A stretch of 10,898 nt of DNA from Candidatus Eiseniibacteriota bacterium (GTDB lineage: Bacteria; Eisenbacteria; RBG-16-71-46; CAZEPH01), in assembly GCA_044229145.1 (NCBI GenBank), contig JBGATO010000111.1:1-10898 (forward strand). The letters are read 5' to 3'. A program made the position numbers and the translations under genes. Positions within the stretch are counted from its first letter, which is position 1, and every line of letters starts with the position of its first letter. Under the pieces are notes generated by a model. It searched no databases and was not told the origin of the DNA. It saw only the letters and a program-made list of their open reading frames with translations. Of the stretch, positions 10,497 through 10,898 are shown piece by piece.

Positions 10497-10898
10497 CTAG
10501 CCCAACCCTGGAAACTGCTCACCGTCGCGAGCTCGGTCGGCACGAAGAAACGGGTGTGGTCGGTCCGCACCGCGGCGCTCGGCGCGCTCGCTCTGTCGCT
10601 GAAGCTCTTCACGGCGGACCGCCACGACGCCGCGTCGAATGAACTCTCGGAGATCCGCGGGCACCTCTCCCGCCGCCCGGCGCAACTCGTCGACATCGAG
10701 GCGCGGCGAGCGCACTTGCTGCGCGCGGAAGGCCGCGTCCCGCAGGTGCATGTAATAGGTGCGGCCGGGGAGCTGCGTCATCGCTTGCACGAGCGCCTGA
10801 CGCACCTCCGCGGGGTGCTTCGTGCCGGCCGGCATCGGCAAGGCATGGGCGAACGACTGTGCGTCCTCGTACGAACAGCGAAACGCCGCCTCCAATCC
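10497..10898 (-). CDS. C-terminal fragment of a probable VirD4/TraG-like coupling protein or HerA/FtsK-type ATPase (5' end outside window)
   Basis: Frame open to the window edge. AFRCSYEDAQSFA...MTQLPGRTYYMHL resembles the FR-x(3-4)-DA...L-x-x-LP tail of coupling-protein-like ATPases, and it lies upstream of a Replic_Relax gene. No Walker motifs are visible in the window. Confidence 0.5.
   Translation of the reverse strand, partial: GLEAAFRCSYEDAQSFAHALPMPAGTKHPAEVRQALVQAMTQLPGRTYYMHLRDAAFRAQQVRSPRLDVDELRRAAGEVPADLREFIRRGVVAVRREELQRQSERAERRGADRPHPFLRADRARDGEQFPGLG

Larger units (their letters stand above)
7702..10898 (-). mobile_element. Left end of a putative integrative mobilisable element inserted at the tRNA-fMet 3' end (continues past window)
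   Basis: Tyrosine integrase ends 63 nt from the tRNA 3' end, preceded by xis-like, Replic_Relax-like and coupling-protein-like genes. GC is visibly lower around the integrase than in eno. The second att site is not in the window. Confidence 0.85.

Overview
High-GC bacterial chromosomal window with a host part (about 1-7755) and the left end of an integrated mobile element (about 7700 to beyond 10898). The host part holds the 3' portion of an Omp85/BamA-TamA-like beta-barrel gene coupled to a DUF4390-like gene, then a ~360 bp convergent intergenic gap with a densely base-paired ~200 nt candidate ncRNA. Next is a minus-strand ECF sigma operon (sigma, DUF4097-like beta-repeat protein, zinc anti-sigma, bactofilin-like membrane protein) with an ECF-type and a sigma70-type promoter. 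Divergent from it are eno-ftsB, where eno carries an out-of-frame internal deletion that removes the catalytic GDEGG loop, and an initiator tRNA-Met. Just 3' of the tRNA begins a putative integrative mobilisable element, all on the minus strand and translationally coupled: coupling-protein-like ATPase C-terminus, small membrane-anchored Cys/His zinc-finger protein, Replic_Relax (PF13814-like) protein, excisionase-like HTH protein, then a tyrosine integrase whose first catalytic Arg reads as Trp. The best leads are this element (including an inverted-repeat cluster at 9307-9394 that may be its oriT/origin) and the unassigned structured RNA at ~1697-1902. All family calls come from motif recognition by eye; no database search was run.
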